64,000 bases of DNA from Octopus vulgaris (lineage: Eukaryota). Under the pieces are notes generated by a model that saw nothing but the letters and a program-made list of their open reading frames with translations, was not told the origin of the DNA and did no database searches. Positions 50,611 to 63,047 of this stretch are shown one piece after another. The DNA lies in assembly GCA_951406725.2 (NCBI GenBank), contig OX597824.1, positions 69,502,001-69,566,000 of the forward strand, written 5' to 3'. Position 1 is the stretch's first letter. Each line of letters begins with the position of its first letter. The position numbers and the translations under genes were made by a program.

Positions 50611-53496
50611 ATAAAGAAGGAAGAGAGAGGAAAGAAAGATCCCGGAGCGGGCAACGGAGATAGAGAAAAAAACGGCTGGTGTTAGCAGAAGCACATGGTG
50701 AAAGGCGGATGTTTACGATAACAAGAGCAAAGTGGGTTTTTAAAGGCAAAAGAGTGGAGACAAGGTTGGTAACGCAACAGATGTGTGTGTATGTGTGAGT
50801 GTGTGCGTGTGCGTGTGTGTATGTGTGTGTGTGAGGCGAGGTAAAAAAACAAAAAATATATGTATGTGTTAGTGTGTGCGTCTGTGTGTAGGCGTGTGAG
50901 GTAGGGCGAGACGGTGGTCAGCATAGCAGCAGCATAGCAGACAAAGGTCAGTAGTGAGAAAAGGGAGGAAGGAGGAAGGGAGGGAGGGGAAGGGGTGGGG
51001 GCGTATGTAGCGTGCCAGCGTGTGTTGAGTGGTAGTGTGTGTGTGTGTCCAGTGTCGTGGTAGTATTAGTGGCGAGTAGATTGAATGTGTGTAAGAGTGA
51101 GGTATATGTTTAAGCAATGTGTGTATATGTGTGCGCGTGTGTGTAACGAAAAAAAAGGGGGGGTTTAGGAGAAGGACTCCAGCGGAGGGGAAGATGGAGG
51201 AGTGGTCCCGCGGAGACGGGCGTGGGAAAACCCAACGACACGCGACATCCCAGGAACGGGCGGGAGGTCTCGTCGGATCCAAGGGCGAGGTGCATGCGGG
51301 CGCATGCGTGCGCGAACCGGCGCAAACGCGTGTGTGCGCGAGCCTGCGAGTGTGCGCGTACGTATGTGTGCGTGTGGATGTGTGAGTGTGTCTGTGTGTA
51401 TGTCTGGGTGGCAGTGTGTCCGATGAATGTATGTGAGTATGTGTGTATATATGTGTGTGCATAGATGTATGTCCGTGTGTGTGTGTGTGTGTGTATGTGT
51501 GTATGAGTGTGTATGTATGTACGTGTGGGTGTGGGGAAGTGTGTGTATGTGCATGTGTGTGCGCGAACATACAGGTGTGTGAGTGAGTGCGTGTGTGTGT
51601 ATGTATGTGTGAGTGTGTATGTATGTGTGTGTAGGATGCATGTATGTGTATGGGTGTATGTATGCGTGTGTGTATGTATGTATGTGTACGTGCGTGTGTG
51701 TGTGTGTATGCGTGTAGGTGTGCGCGTGTGCATGCGTGCATGTATGTGCGTATGTGTGTGTGTGCATGTGTGTGGGTATATATGTGTGTGCGTATATGTG
51801 TGTGTATGTGCGTACATGTGTGTGTGTGTGCATGTGTGTGTGTAGGTGTGTAGGCGTGTGTGTATAGGTGTATGTATGTAAGTATGTATGGGTGTGTCCG
51901 TGTATGTGTGTATGTATGTGTGTGTATGTAGCTGTGTGGGCGTGTGTATATGTGTGTGTATGTAGGTGTGTAGGCGTGTGTATATAGGTGTATGTATGTA
52001 TGTCGGTGTATGTATGTATGTCTGGGTGTGTCCGTGCATGTTTGTGTGTGTGTGTGTGTGCATGTGTATGTAGGTGTGTGTGTACGTGTGTAATGTATGT
52101 GTGTATGCGTGTGTATGCGTGCGTGTGTGTATGTAGGTGCGTGTGTATGTGTGTGGGAGTGTAGGTGTGTGTGTGCGTGTGCGTGTTTATGTTGGTGTGT
52201 GCGTATGTGAGTGTGAGTGTATGAGTGTTTGTCATGCATGTGTGTGCGCGTGCAGGTGAGTGTGTGTGTAAGTATGTGTGTGTGTATGTTTGTGTGAGTG
52301 TGTATGTGTGTATGTCTGTGTGTATGTATGTGCGTATAGGAGTATGTAGGTATGTGTGTGTGTATGTATATGGGTGTATGTATGTGTGTGTGTGTGCATG
52401 TGTATAAGTATATGCGTGTGTGCGTATGTGTGTGTATGTGTATGTGTGTGTGTTTATGTATGTGTGTATGTATGTGTGTAGGCGTGAGTGTGTAGATGTA
52501 TCTATATATGGGTGTGTGTCAGTGTGTGTTTGTGTGTGTGTAGGTAGATGTGTGTGTCTGAGTGAGGGTATGGCTGTGTAGGTGTGTGTGTGTATGAATG
52601 TAAGTGTGTGCGTATACAAGTGTAATGTATGTATGTGGGTGTGTGTGTGTGTGTATGTGTACGTGTGCGTGTGTATGTGTGTGTGTGTATGCGTGTGAGT
52701 GTGGGTGTATGGGTGTATGTCTGTGTGTGTGTATGTCTGAAGTGGGTATGTGTGTGTATGTATGTATGTGTGTGTGTGTGCGGGTATGTGTGTGTGTGTA
52801 TGTGTGTGTGTGAGTAGGTGTGCGTGTATGTATGTGGGTAGGGATGCATGCGAGTGTGTGGGTATGTATGCAAACATACGCAAGCGCACATCCGAAGCAA
52901 GCCCACACACACGAAGCGCGCTCACGCACACAACGCACAAGCAGTGCAACGCAAGCCCAAAGGGGCCGACCGAGCCCCCAGCGCGCGCCAAGGCGCGCGA
53001 GCGCAAAGGCCCTCGAACGCCCCGCTACGCGGGAACCGAGGATCCATCAGCCAAAACCGGAAAGCAGAAAAGAGGGGGGCTGCCTGGATGCAAAAAGGTG
53101 TATGTGTGTGTGCATTCAGTGTACGGGTGTGCATGTGTGGGTATGTATGTATGTATGTGCCTACATGTATGTGTGCATGTGTGTGTGTGTGAGGTATGTA
53201 CGTGCGGTGTGTGTGTGTGAGTGTGTGTGTATGTATGTGCGTATGTATGTGTGTGTGTATGTGTGTATGTATGTCTGTGTGTGTGTGTGTGTGTAAGTGT
53301 GTATGCGTGTGTGTATGTATGTGTGTGTGTATGTGCATGTGTGTCTGTAAGTGTGTGTGATTAAATGTGTGAATGTATGTACGTAGATGGGTCTACGTAT
53401 GTGTGTGTGTGAACAGGCGTGTGGGAGGTAGGTAGGTGGGTGGGAGGTAGGTGGGTGGGAGGTAGGTGGGTGGGTGTGTGTGGGTGGTGTGTCCGG

Positions 53497-53529
<33 letters not shown>

Positions 53530-53533
53530 GGTC

Positions 53534-54597
53534 TCACGAGGAGGGGGCTGTGTTAAGTCCGTGTGGGGTGGTAGTTTGTAGGGTGAAGATGTAGCGTTGC
53601 TCCAAGTGGAGCCTGGAAAGTGGGCGACCATTGTGGGGGGCGAGACCAAACACTGAGATGTCATCTCGGGAATGGCCGGCCGAGCGGAAGTGGCGTGCGA
53701 CGGGAGAAAAGAGTGTAGGCGAACGTCCCTCAAGTGTTCAGTGAAACGGTCGGACAACCGGCGTCCCGTCTGACCTACATACAGCATCCCGCATAGGTTG
53801 CATTTAATGCAGTAAATAAGGCCAGACGAGGTGCACGTAAACGAGTGCCTAATGCGTACAGTATGCAGGTTGGAGCCGGTGACAGCGGTGGTGTTGGTGA
53901 TGAAGGGGCAAGTGTTGCAGCGGGATCTAGAGCAAGGGAATGATCCGTGTGGGGCTGAGGGGGAAGGGGAGAGGGTGCTGTGGACCAGGAGGTCACGCAG
54001 ATTGCGGGCTCGTTTGAAAGAGGACAGGGGTGGGTTAGGGAAAATGGGGCGGGTGGTGGGATCAAGCTGGAGGCGACGGAAGGCACGTAGTATCTTGCGA
54101 CGAAGGGGTAGGGTAGAGGGGTGGAAAAGGAGGGGGAAGGGGGTGCGGTTGGGGGGTGGGCGGGGGGAAGGAGACAAGGCGGTAGTGCGGTCGATGCGAC
54201 GGGCGCGGGTGAGGGCATCAGAGAGGAGTGTGGGTGGGTAACCTCGGAGTCTGAACATGCGGGCCAGGTATTGAGATTGGGTCTCGAAATCCTGGTCGCG
54301 GCTGCACAAACGTCGGAGGCGGAGGAACTGGGAGTAGGGGATGGCTCGTTTGGTGTGGAAGGGGTGGGAGGAAGAGAAGTTGAGATAGAGGTGGGAATCC
54401 GTAGGTTTAAAGAAGGCGGTGGTGGTGAGAGAGCTGGAGGGGTGATCGATGCGGAGAGAGATGTCAAGGAAGTTGACAGAGGTGTTGGAGATGGTGGAGG
54501 TGAATTGAAGAGAGGGGTGAAAGTTGGAAAGGAAAGAGATGAATTGGCCGAGACGTTCCCGGGAAAGGGAGGTGGCACCTACACAGTCGTCGATATA
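53534..54597 (-). CDS. PLE polyprotein C-terminal part: RT from YIDD through thumb, Cys linker, GIY-YIG endonuclease (one frameshift near 53708)
   Basis: YIDDC..FHPSLQFT..VNFLDI..KPTDSHLYLNFSSSHP..IPYSQFLRLRRLCS..RGYP; CSRSRCNTC; LIYCIKCNLCGMLYVGQTGRRLSDRFTEH; shifted frame SPVARHF..RLHLEQRYIFTLQTTTPHGLN..TGA at 53534. Confidence 0.93.
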
Positions 54598-54617
54598 TAT
54601 ATATATATACATATATA

Positions 54618-54623
54618 CATACA

Positions 54624-54664
<41 letters not shown>

Positions 54665-55039
54665 CAAGAAAGTTAGAGGTTGTAGAATCCAACCAACTGA
54701 GGGATAATATCTATTCAATATACTACTGGTGTGTAGGCGCGTGGCCTAGTGGTTAGGGTGTCAGCATCATGATCGTAAGATTGTGGTTTCGATTCCTGAA
54801 CCGGGCGATGCGTTTTGTTCTTGAGCAAAACACTTCATTTCACGTTACTCTAGTCCACTCAGCTGGCAAAAATGATTGACGCTGCGATGGACTCACGTCC
54901 TGTCCAGCTGGGGGGGGGGAGATACATACGCCATAGAAACCGGGAAACCAGGCCCATGAGCCTGGCTAGCCTTGAAAAGGGTGCATAAATAAAAATAATA
55001 AATACTGCTGGTAGAATACCCAATACTAATACACAAGTG

Positions 55040-55082
<43 letters not shown>

Positions 55083-55086
55083 TACA

Positions 55087-55135
<49 letters not shown>

Positions 55136-55510
55136 CAAGAAAGTTAGAGGTTGTGAATCCAACCAACTGAGGGATAATATCTATTCAATATACTACTGGT
55201 GTGTAGGCGCGTGGCCTAGTGGTTAGGGTGTCAGCATCATGATCGTAAGATTGTGGTTTCGATTCCTGAACCGGGCGATGCGTTTTGTTCTTGAGCAAAA
55301 CACTTCATTTCACGTTACTCTAGTCCACTCAGCTGGCAAAAATGATTGACGCTGCGATGGACTCACGTCCTGTCCAGCTGGGGGGGGGGAGATACATACG
55401 CCATAGAAACCGGGAAACCAGGCCCATGAGCCTGGCTAGCCTTGAAAAGGGTGCATAAATAAAAATAATAAATACTGCTGGTAGAATACCCAATTACTAA
55501 TACACAAGTG

Positions 55511-55548
<38 letters not shown>
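54618..55548. repeat. Near-perfect tandem duplication of about 470 bp, each unit holding a SINE (54733-54990, 55203-55460)
   Basis: 54661-55045 repeats at 55132-55516 with only single-base indels seen. Confidence 0.95.
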
Positions 55549-55553
<5 letters not shown>

Positions 55554-56044
55554 GTATGTATATAAATAAAAAAAAAGGGTGTCTTATTAGCAAGTAGAAC
55601 CTAAAGGCAAAATGAACAGAGGTCACAAAAGTGACTGTGGGTACCGGGTAGCACCGTTTTGCTAGAAATAAGAGTCAAAACAACTTGAAAGCCACAAAAG
55701 CGCTGCCTTAATAAATGAAAAAGTTAAGACTTTCATAAACACGTGTGAAGTGGCCATTGTGAAAATCGAAGAGAAGGCTTGACGGGGGACAGTGATGGAG
55801 GAGGGGTTGATAGGCGGGAGAGTGACAGAGATAGACAATAGACAGAGAAAGATAAACAGCATTTTTTGTCTTCAACAATAAACTTACCTTTTAAAAGTTC
55901 AACGATAATTCTTCTGCCAACACTTAATTTAAAGACAATCTCATGTACGTAGGACCTTACTTTTCGTACGAACCATTATTTGTAGTAGCTGGTACGTATC
56001 TAAACTCCTGTACCCAATTGGAAGGAAAGTTACACCACTGTCGC

Positions 56045-56535
56045 TAAACAATATTTTAGCAAATGCAAAGCCTTCGAATTGTGATGTAATGCAGTGGCCA
56101 CGGGTCCAAGAGAGGCCACACTTCATGTCGATACTACTGTCTTCTTCAAATTTTCAGAAACACACTCATGCATAGTCTTTTCCTTTCCATTTTTTAGTAT
56201 CCTGAGCGTTTCACATCCAAGTCTTCTTTGAGCTACTTCAGTCCGCTAGTTTTAGGGTTGTATGGGAGACCATCACGTAGGCAACACTTCCTAAGGAGCT
56301 CGCTGCCGGTACATAGGTTATTGTTCTCTTCCCTTTTCAGCACTAACTAAATCAATGTACTTATATTTGCTGCTGTTGTTTAGCAAGTGCTGTGTGAGAG
56401 AGACAATACGACATTCGCAGGGTCGATGCACTGATCTCAAGCCGCTACATGTTTCTTCGCTTCTGAGGTACAACCTTTCTATATCACTCTTCCTATGGAA
56501 ATTTCCAGACGATGTCAGTATCTAGAGGGTTTTAA
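56045..56535 (-). pseudogene. Decayed R4/Dong-like LINE post-RT fragment
   Basis: Minus strand KTL*ILTSSGNFHRKSDIERLYLRSEE..GLRSV, then IDMKCGLSWTRGHCITSQFEGFAFA; compare HPKSDIERLY at about 32590. Confidence 0.65.
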
Positions 56536-56541
56536 TGCCAG

Positions 56542-57080
<539 letters not shown>

Positions 57081-57289
57081 CATATATACATGTATACATG
57101 CATATGCATATATCTCTCTCTCTCTCTCTCTCTCTATATATCTATATATATATATATATATACACATACACACACAGCGTATGACACACGCGCGCACTTA
57201 TACATATATCTCTGCGTAAAGTATATGTAGGTATAAATACATATAACATGTGTCAAAATCACATATTCTGTTGATTACACACACACATG

Positions 57290-57361
<72 letters not shown>

Positions 57362-58353
57362 CAGAGAGACAGACGAGAGAGAGACAGACGAGAGAGAGAC
57401 AGACGAGAGACAGACAGATAGATAGATATGTATACATGCATACTTACACACATATTTACATCAACTTTATATTACACACATACATTATAAAGTACAAATA
57501 CACACGCCCAAGTATATATATATGTATATATATGCATATATATAGTCATACATACAAACATATATATTCATACATACATGCATGCACATATATACGTACA
57601 TAGAATTGTGTGGGTGTTTATGTCTCTGCTTATAGATATATATGATTGCGTGTTTGTATGAGTGTATATATACTAAAACACATTTATATATATATATAAG
57701 TACAAGCTCAGACAATCACACATACACGCGCGCACGCACACACACACACACACACATACACCCACTCGCGTAAACACATTCGCACACAACCCGGAAAAAC
57801 ATCATTCATAAAATTAAGACGAAGACAAACTGACTAACAGACGAACAGAAAGATATATAGAGAGATAATATAAAAAGAGGATGAACAAGAGAGATTAGAA
57901 AATGCAGAGAAAGAGAGGAGCAGTGAATGATAAGCAAAGACAGGGAGAGAAAGAGAGAGTGAGAAAGTGAGAGAGAGAGAGAGAGAGAGAGAGAAACAGA
58001 CAGGGACAGAGAGAAAGTGGGCATGATGCTCTAAAATGATAAAGCTATTGCATGTGTAAGTGTCATATAATACAAAACCTTACAGATCACGTCTGAACCC
58101 ATTTCTCAGCGGCCATTACCGAAGTCAACAGCAGAAGAAGTAGTGGGGAGTGCGGTGGAGTGGGGGTTTTGTGGGAAGAGCGACGACTGAGTGAGAGAGG
58201 ATGAGCAAGGCAGGTGAATAGAGATGAATTTCGTGGCATTTATAGTTGAGTTAATACCGCCATCGTTTTAGCCGATATCGTTTTCGCTGTGGTCGTCGTC
58301 GTCGTCGCCGTCCTATTGTTATGAGCATTTTCTTCTCATTGTCTTCGTCATCG

Positions 58354-58387
<34 letters not shown>

Positions 58388-58415
58388 AATAATAATAATA
58401 ACAATAATAATAATC

Positions 58416-58447
<32 letters not shown>

Positions 58448-58492
58448 CATCAGCATCATCACCACCACCATCATCATCATCATCAGCATCAT

Positions 58493-58524
<32 letters not shown>

Positions 58525-58564
58525 TCACCGCCATCATCATCATCATCATCATCATCATCACCAC

Positions 58565-58607
<43 letters not shown>

Positions 58608-58642
58608 GTCGTCGTCGTCGTCATCATCCTCATCATCATCAA

Positions 58643-58697
<55 letters not shown>

Positions 58698-59544
58698 GTC
58701 ATCACTTTCAACGCAATTATTAACGACGTCATCCTCATCCCCATCATCACCTTCGTCGCCGTCATCGTCGTTATCGCCCACATCGTCGTCACCATCCTCA
58801 TCGCCTGTACCATCATTATTATTAAATACCTTTATCATCATTCTCCTCGCCTATATCATTACCACTATCATTATTGTTGTCGGAGGCATCATCATCATCA
58901 GTCACATCATCATCATCATCATCATCATTATTATCATCCTCATCATCATCATCATCACCATCACCACCACCACCACCACCACCACCACCACCACTACCGC
59001 CACCACCACCACCACCACCACCATCCCAATCCTACCCATCATCATTATCAGGATCGTCATCGTCGTCATCATCATCTTCATTGTCATCATTACCATCATC
59101 GTCATCATCGTTTCTTTCATTAAGTCTTTACATTTTATATATATCTTTATAATCATTCGATGCTTTTAGTGATGGTTTTGTTCTGTTTGATATTACTATT
59201 CATATTTTGGGGCATTGCGGGATTGTCTCTAATTTATCACAAAATTTTACGTACGTTTCATTAACAACAGATGTTACATAAGTTACATAAGGTAAATTTG
59301 ATAATCAAAGCATATTGTGAAGTCATCAGAGACGTGTAACCCTATCAGTAAATCCATTAGATTGTAGAACAATTGACGGAAGTAACTCTCGTAAGGAATA
59401 GACGCAGGAAATGCGAAATAGTGGCGACTTGTCACTCAATTTAATGTTTAAATTGTAAGAGATAAGTATATCTTTTACCTTTTATCTCTTATTGGTTTCA
59501 GCCAAAGACTGGGACCATGCTGGAGCACCGACTTTCAGTGAGTT

Positions 59545-59830
59545 TGGGTCTACTTTCTGTACTGTTTTTGGTAAAGAAGCGAGTTGGGCAGAGCCCTCTT
59601 CATTGTTCCTCCTGCTGCGATGTGAATTTATCTGGGATTTCAGATAGAAATGTGTCCAGATATGTTTGAAGATCTCCATATCTACATCTCAAAAATCTCT
59701 GACGCTGTCTGGCAGGATGTTAAACGGTTGTAGTTCCCTGAATCCCAAGCCGTTGCAGTCTTTGGTATTTTGCTGTGCCGTCGAGTTTGGTGGCTAATAT
59801 AGCTTTTAATTTCACAGTTGGGGCTAGACC
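59545..59830 (-). pseudogene. CR1-like LINE ORF2 C-terminal fragment
   Basis: Minus strand CNGLGFRELQPFNILPDSVRDF*DVDMEIFK then LDTFLSEIPDK, matching the FN.LP..R....FK..LD..L..PD CR1 end. Confidence 0.65.
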
Positions 59831-59945
59831 TTCCAGAATTTTCCATATGCATATCACTGCATTTATTTATTTCCTTCTCTCTAGGGCGTAGAACTTCAGT
59901 TCTTTTAGCTCAGCTGTTTCACCGAGTCACTCTTCTTTCTTTATT

Positions 59946-59988
<43 letters not shown>

Positions 59989-59991
<3 letters not shown>

Positions 59992-60329
59992 CATGTAAAA
60001 TACAGTGTACATTAAACACATTAAGAGGCTTCCTTCATAGGAATCCATTATGCTAGAAAGAATAGTTAAAGTCCAAGCTACTAATTAGGGATAAATTCTC
60101 GAGGGGAATGATGTTTTTATTTTTCATTCCCTTCGAGAATTTATCCCTAATTAGTGGTTTGGACTTTAACTGTTCTTTCTAGCATAATGGATTCCTATGA
60201 TGGAAGCATCTTAATGTGTTTTAATGTACACTGTATTTTATATGAGTAATATATAGTCTATTGACTAATTTTTTTGTACGCTAGGCCACTGGTAGTAAAA
60301 AATTTCTATAATTTTTATTACTCGGATAT

Positions 60330-60335
<6 letters not shown>
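59989..60335. mobile_element. Fold-back insert between (TA)n tracts
   Basis: About 121-bp inverted arms 59991-60111 and 60124-60245, 12-nt spacer, about 90-bp unpaired tail. Confidence 0.85.
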
Positions 60336-60392
<57 letters not shown>

Positions 60393-60394
<2 letters not shown>

Positions 60395-60558
60395 CATTAA
60401 TTTCAACGAGATATAAACAGTAACCGCTCGACAACGTACTTGAATGTGACTAGCCACTGGGGTGGGGTGTTACTGGGCTAGCCACATTCAGATGGCTAGT
60501 ACACCTTACGTTGTCGAGCGGTTACTGTTTATATCTCGTTCAGAGATTTATTAATGCT
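60393..60558 (+). mobile_element. Fold-back fragment of the 56646 family
   Basis: Perfect 34-bp inverted arms 60405-60438 and 60507-60540; tail GTTCAGAGATTTATTAATGC matches 57001-57020. Confidence 0.8.
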
Positions 60559-60569
60559 TTCAGACAGTT

Positions 60570-60676
60570 TTTCTATCGGTCTCTTTTGCCGAAACGCTAA
60601 GTGACGGGGACGTAAACACACCAGCATCGGTTGTCAAGCAATGCTAGGGGGACAAACACAGACACACAAACACACG

Positions 60677-60717
<41 letters not shown>

Positions 60718-60886
60718 CATATATACGACAAGGCTTCTTTCAGTTTCCGTTTACCAAATCCACTCACAAGGCATTGGTCGGCCCGGGGCTAAAGCATCAG
60801 ACACTTGCCCAAGATGCCACGCAGTGGACTGAACCCGGAACCATGTGGTTGGTTAGCAAGCTACTTACCACACAGCCACTCCTGCG

Positions 60887-60890
<4 letters not shown>
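60570..60890 (-). mobile_element. SINE family A
   Basis: Matches family A including the head (GGCGCAGGAGTGGCTGTGTGGTAAG on the minus strand). Confidence 0.88.
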
Positions 60891-60936
<46 letters not shown>

Positions 60937-61374
60937 CACACATAAAAAGATTGTAAGATAGATCAACTGATAAATAGGCACAGCTGCGAGTAGAACCAAT
61001 TAAACAGACACTCAAGACGTGGTGTAAGGGCTATAAGAATTTATTAACGTATTGGTTGGGCATTACATTTCTTGAAGTTTCGTTAAGTTTAAACTACGCC
61101 TAGCTCATGACAGGTCGAGCATTACATACACTCCACACCTAAACAGATACACACATGCACTTATACCTGTGTGTGTATGTGCTTGTGTGCGTGTAAATAC
61201 AAACAAGAATTCATTCTTGTAAGAATATGTGTATATATTAAACTATCATCTACCTGCGACGATTCCCACACCATCGCACAATCAAATGAACCCTTCCCCT
61301 TTTATATTATTATATAAAAGTTACACAAAGAAATGCGCCCCGCATAAAACGTAAAGACATACAAAAATACCAAG

Positions 61375-61522
<148 letters not shown>

Positions 61523-62787
61523 TTATTTATATTTATATATATACGTGTCTGTGTGTTTGTGACTGTGTGCTTATAAATGTTTACACGTTTCTGTAAAGAA
61601 TGGCGTACAAATAAAGAAACATGTATATAATATAAAATGTAGAAAATAAGGAAACGGTGTTTTCATGACATGTCCATATCTCCATATTGTAAAAAAAAAA
61701 AAAAAAAAAGGGTCAGAAAAAAGAAAAATGTCCATTGGTTCTGCTAAGTACAAAAAGCAGTATATCGAAGGTACTTTACAATTGTAATAATACAAAATTG
61801 ACTGGCCAACAAACTATAAGCGATCAGATATATTTTTGTCTATAAGCAACAGCTACATGACGATAAGAGGAGAGAAGCGCGAGAGCGACAAGGAATAAGA
61901 TAGGGAAAAAGAGAGAGAGGGACAGAGAGACAGAGAGACAGAGACAGAGAGCACGGATGGAAGATGAGAGGACAGAGATAGACGAAAACGTGTGTGCGGC
62001 AGCTGAATGCTACTTGCGCATCTGTCACAAAATGAAACATCTAAAGGAAATGATAAAGAACAAACGTTTGAAGTAACTTTCGTTGTCATCGTTGTTTTTG
62101 CTCCTGCTGCTGTTGTTGTTGTTGTTGTTGTTGTTGTTGCTGTTGTTTTTTTTGCTGTTGTTGTTGTTGTTGTTTTTAGCATATTGTTTTTATATATACG
62201 TATTTATTTATTTTTCAGAGATAAGCGATGTGTCAGGTTTTTACGGGTGCAAGCTACTTTTGTGAAAACAAAAATACTGAAAAAACAAAAACAAAAACAA
62301 AAACAAAATCACACTCACAAAATCACGAGAATAATGGCCCCTATCCTTTACTGGTTTGCTTGTGTTTGCGTATATGCATGTATTTTGCATGTATATTTAT
62401 TCACAAACGATGGTGTGTGTAGTGGGGTGGGGGGAGTTACGCGCATTCATGTACATTTATAAAAGTTTGGTTTTACAAATAAGATTTATAGAACTCAATA
62501 CGTGATTCAGACAATGTATTTTATTATAATTATTAGCTGGAATGCTACAGAAACGACCTAAGGTGCCCAGGTATCGTACGAAAGCACTTAAACACTCAAA
62601 CATACACATACACAAACACACACACACACAATAATACATACACACACACAATCTCTTTTATATGGACTACTCTGCCAAAAACATTCGTACGCCACCTAAT
62701 GAGGTTTACTTGAGGATGCTCATAGGAAAAGCAGAAGACTTAATCGAGTGCTATTCTGTTTGTTCAAACATTAATACATATACATTA

Positions 62788-62828
<41 letters not shown>

Positions 62829-62829
<1 letters not shown>

Positions 62830-63043
62830 GGAGTGCTGAAAAGTTCCTGGTTTGGAGTAAAAGAAAATACAGGAAGATCAGTTAATTATGATTTTATTCA
62901 GCATATTCTCCTCTCAGGTTCACACACTTATTGTAGTGGTCCTTTAGTTTTTCTAAGCCCGGTAAAAGGACTCGGAATGTTGGGCTCCAACCAGGCCTTT
63001 CACAAGATTCTTCAAGCCAGGAATATTTCAGCTCTTCCTTGTA
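62829..63043. mobile_element. Mariner-type MITE
   Basis: GTGCTGAAAAGTTCCTGG / CCAGGAATATTTCAGC; homologous to 4166-4379. Confidence 0.8.
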
Positions 63044-63047
63044 TATG

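Larger units (their letters stand above)
50486..54597 (-). mobile_element. 5'-truncated Penelope-like retroelement (Neptune-like) inserted in (TA)n
   Basis: ORF remnant 54597-53534, long CA-rich 3' region, hammerhead-bearing end at 50486-50770; TA tracts on both flanks. Continuity of the whole span is inferred. Confidence 0.75.

Noticed and set aside
50869-53006. 456-aa and 613-aa His/Thr-rich ORFs
   Set aside because: Result of CA-rich composition lacking stop codons; three frames are open at once
53534-54597. Selenoprotein-encoding (Naiad-type) PLE
   Set aside because: Linker and GIY-YIG cysteines use ordinary codons; the only TGA follows the terminal GLN motif, and I could not identify a SECIS
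55575-55668. Possible Helitron 3' end (GC-rich patch then CTAG)
   Set aside because: Hairpin is weak and no 5' end was found
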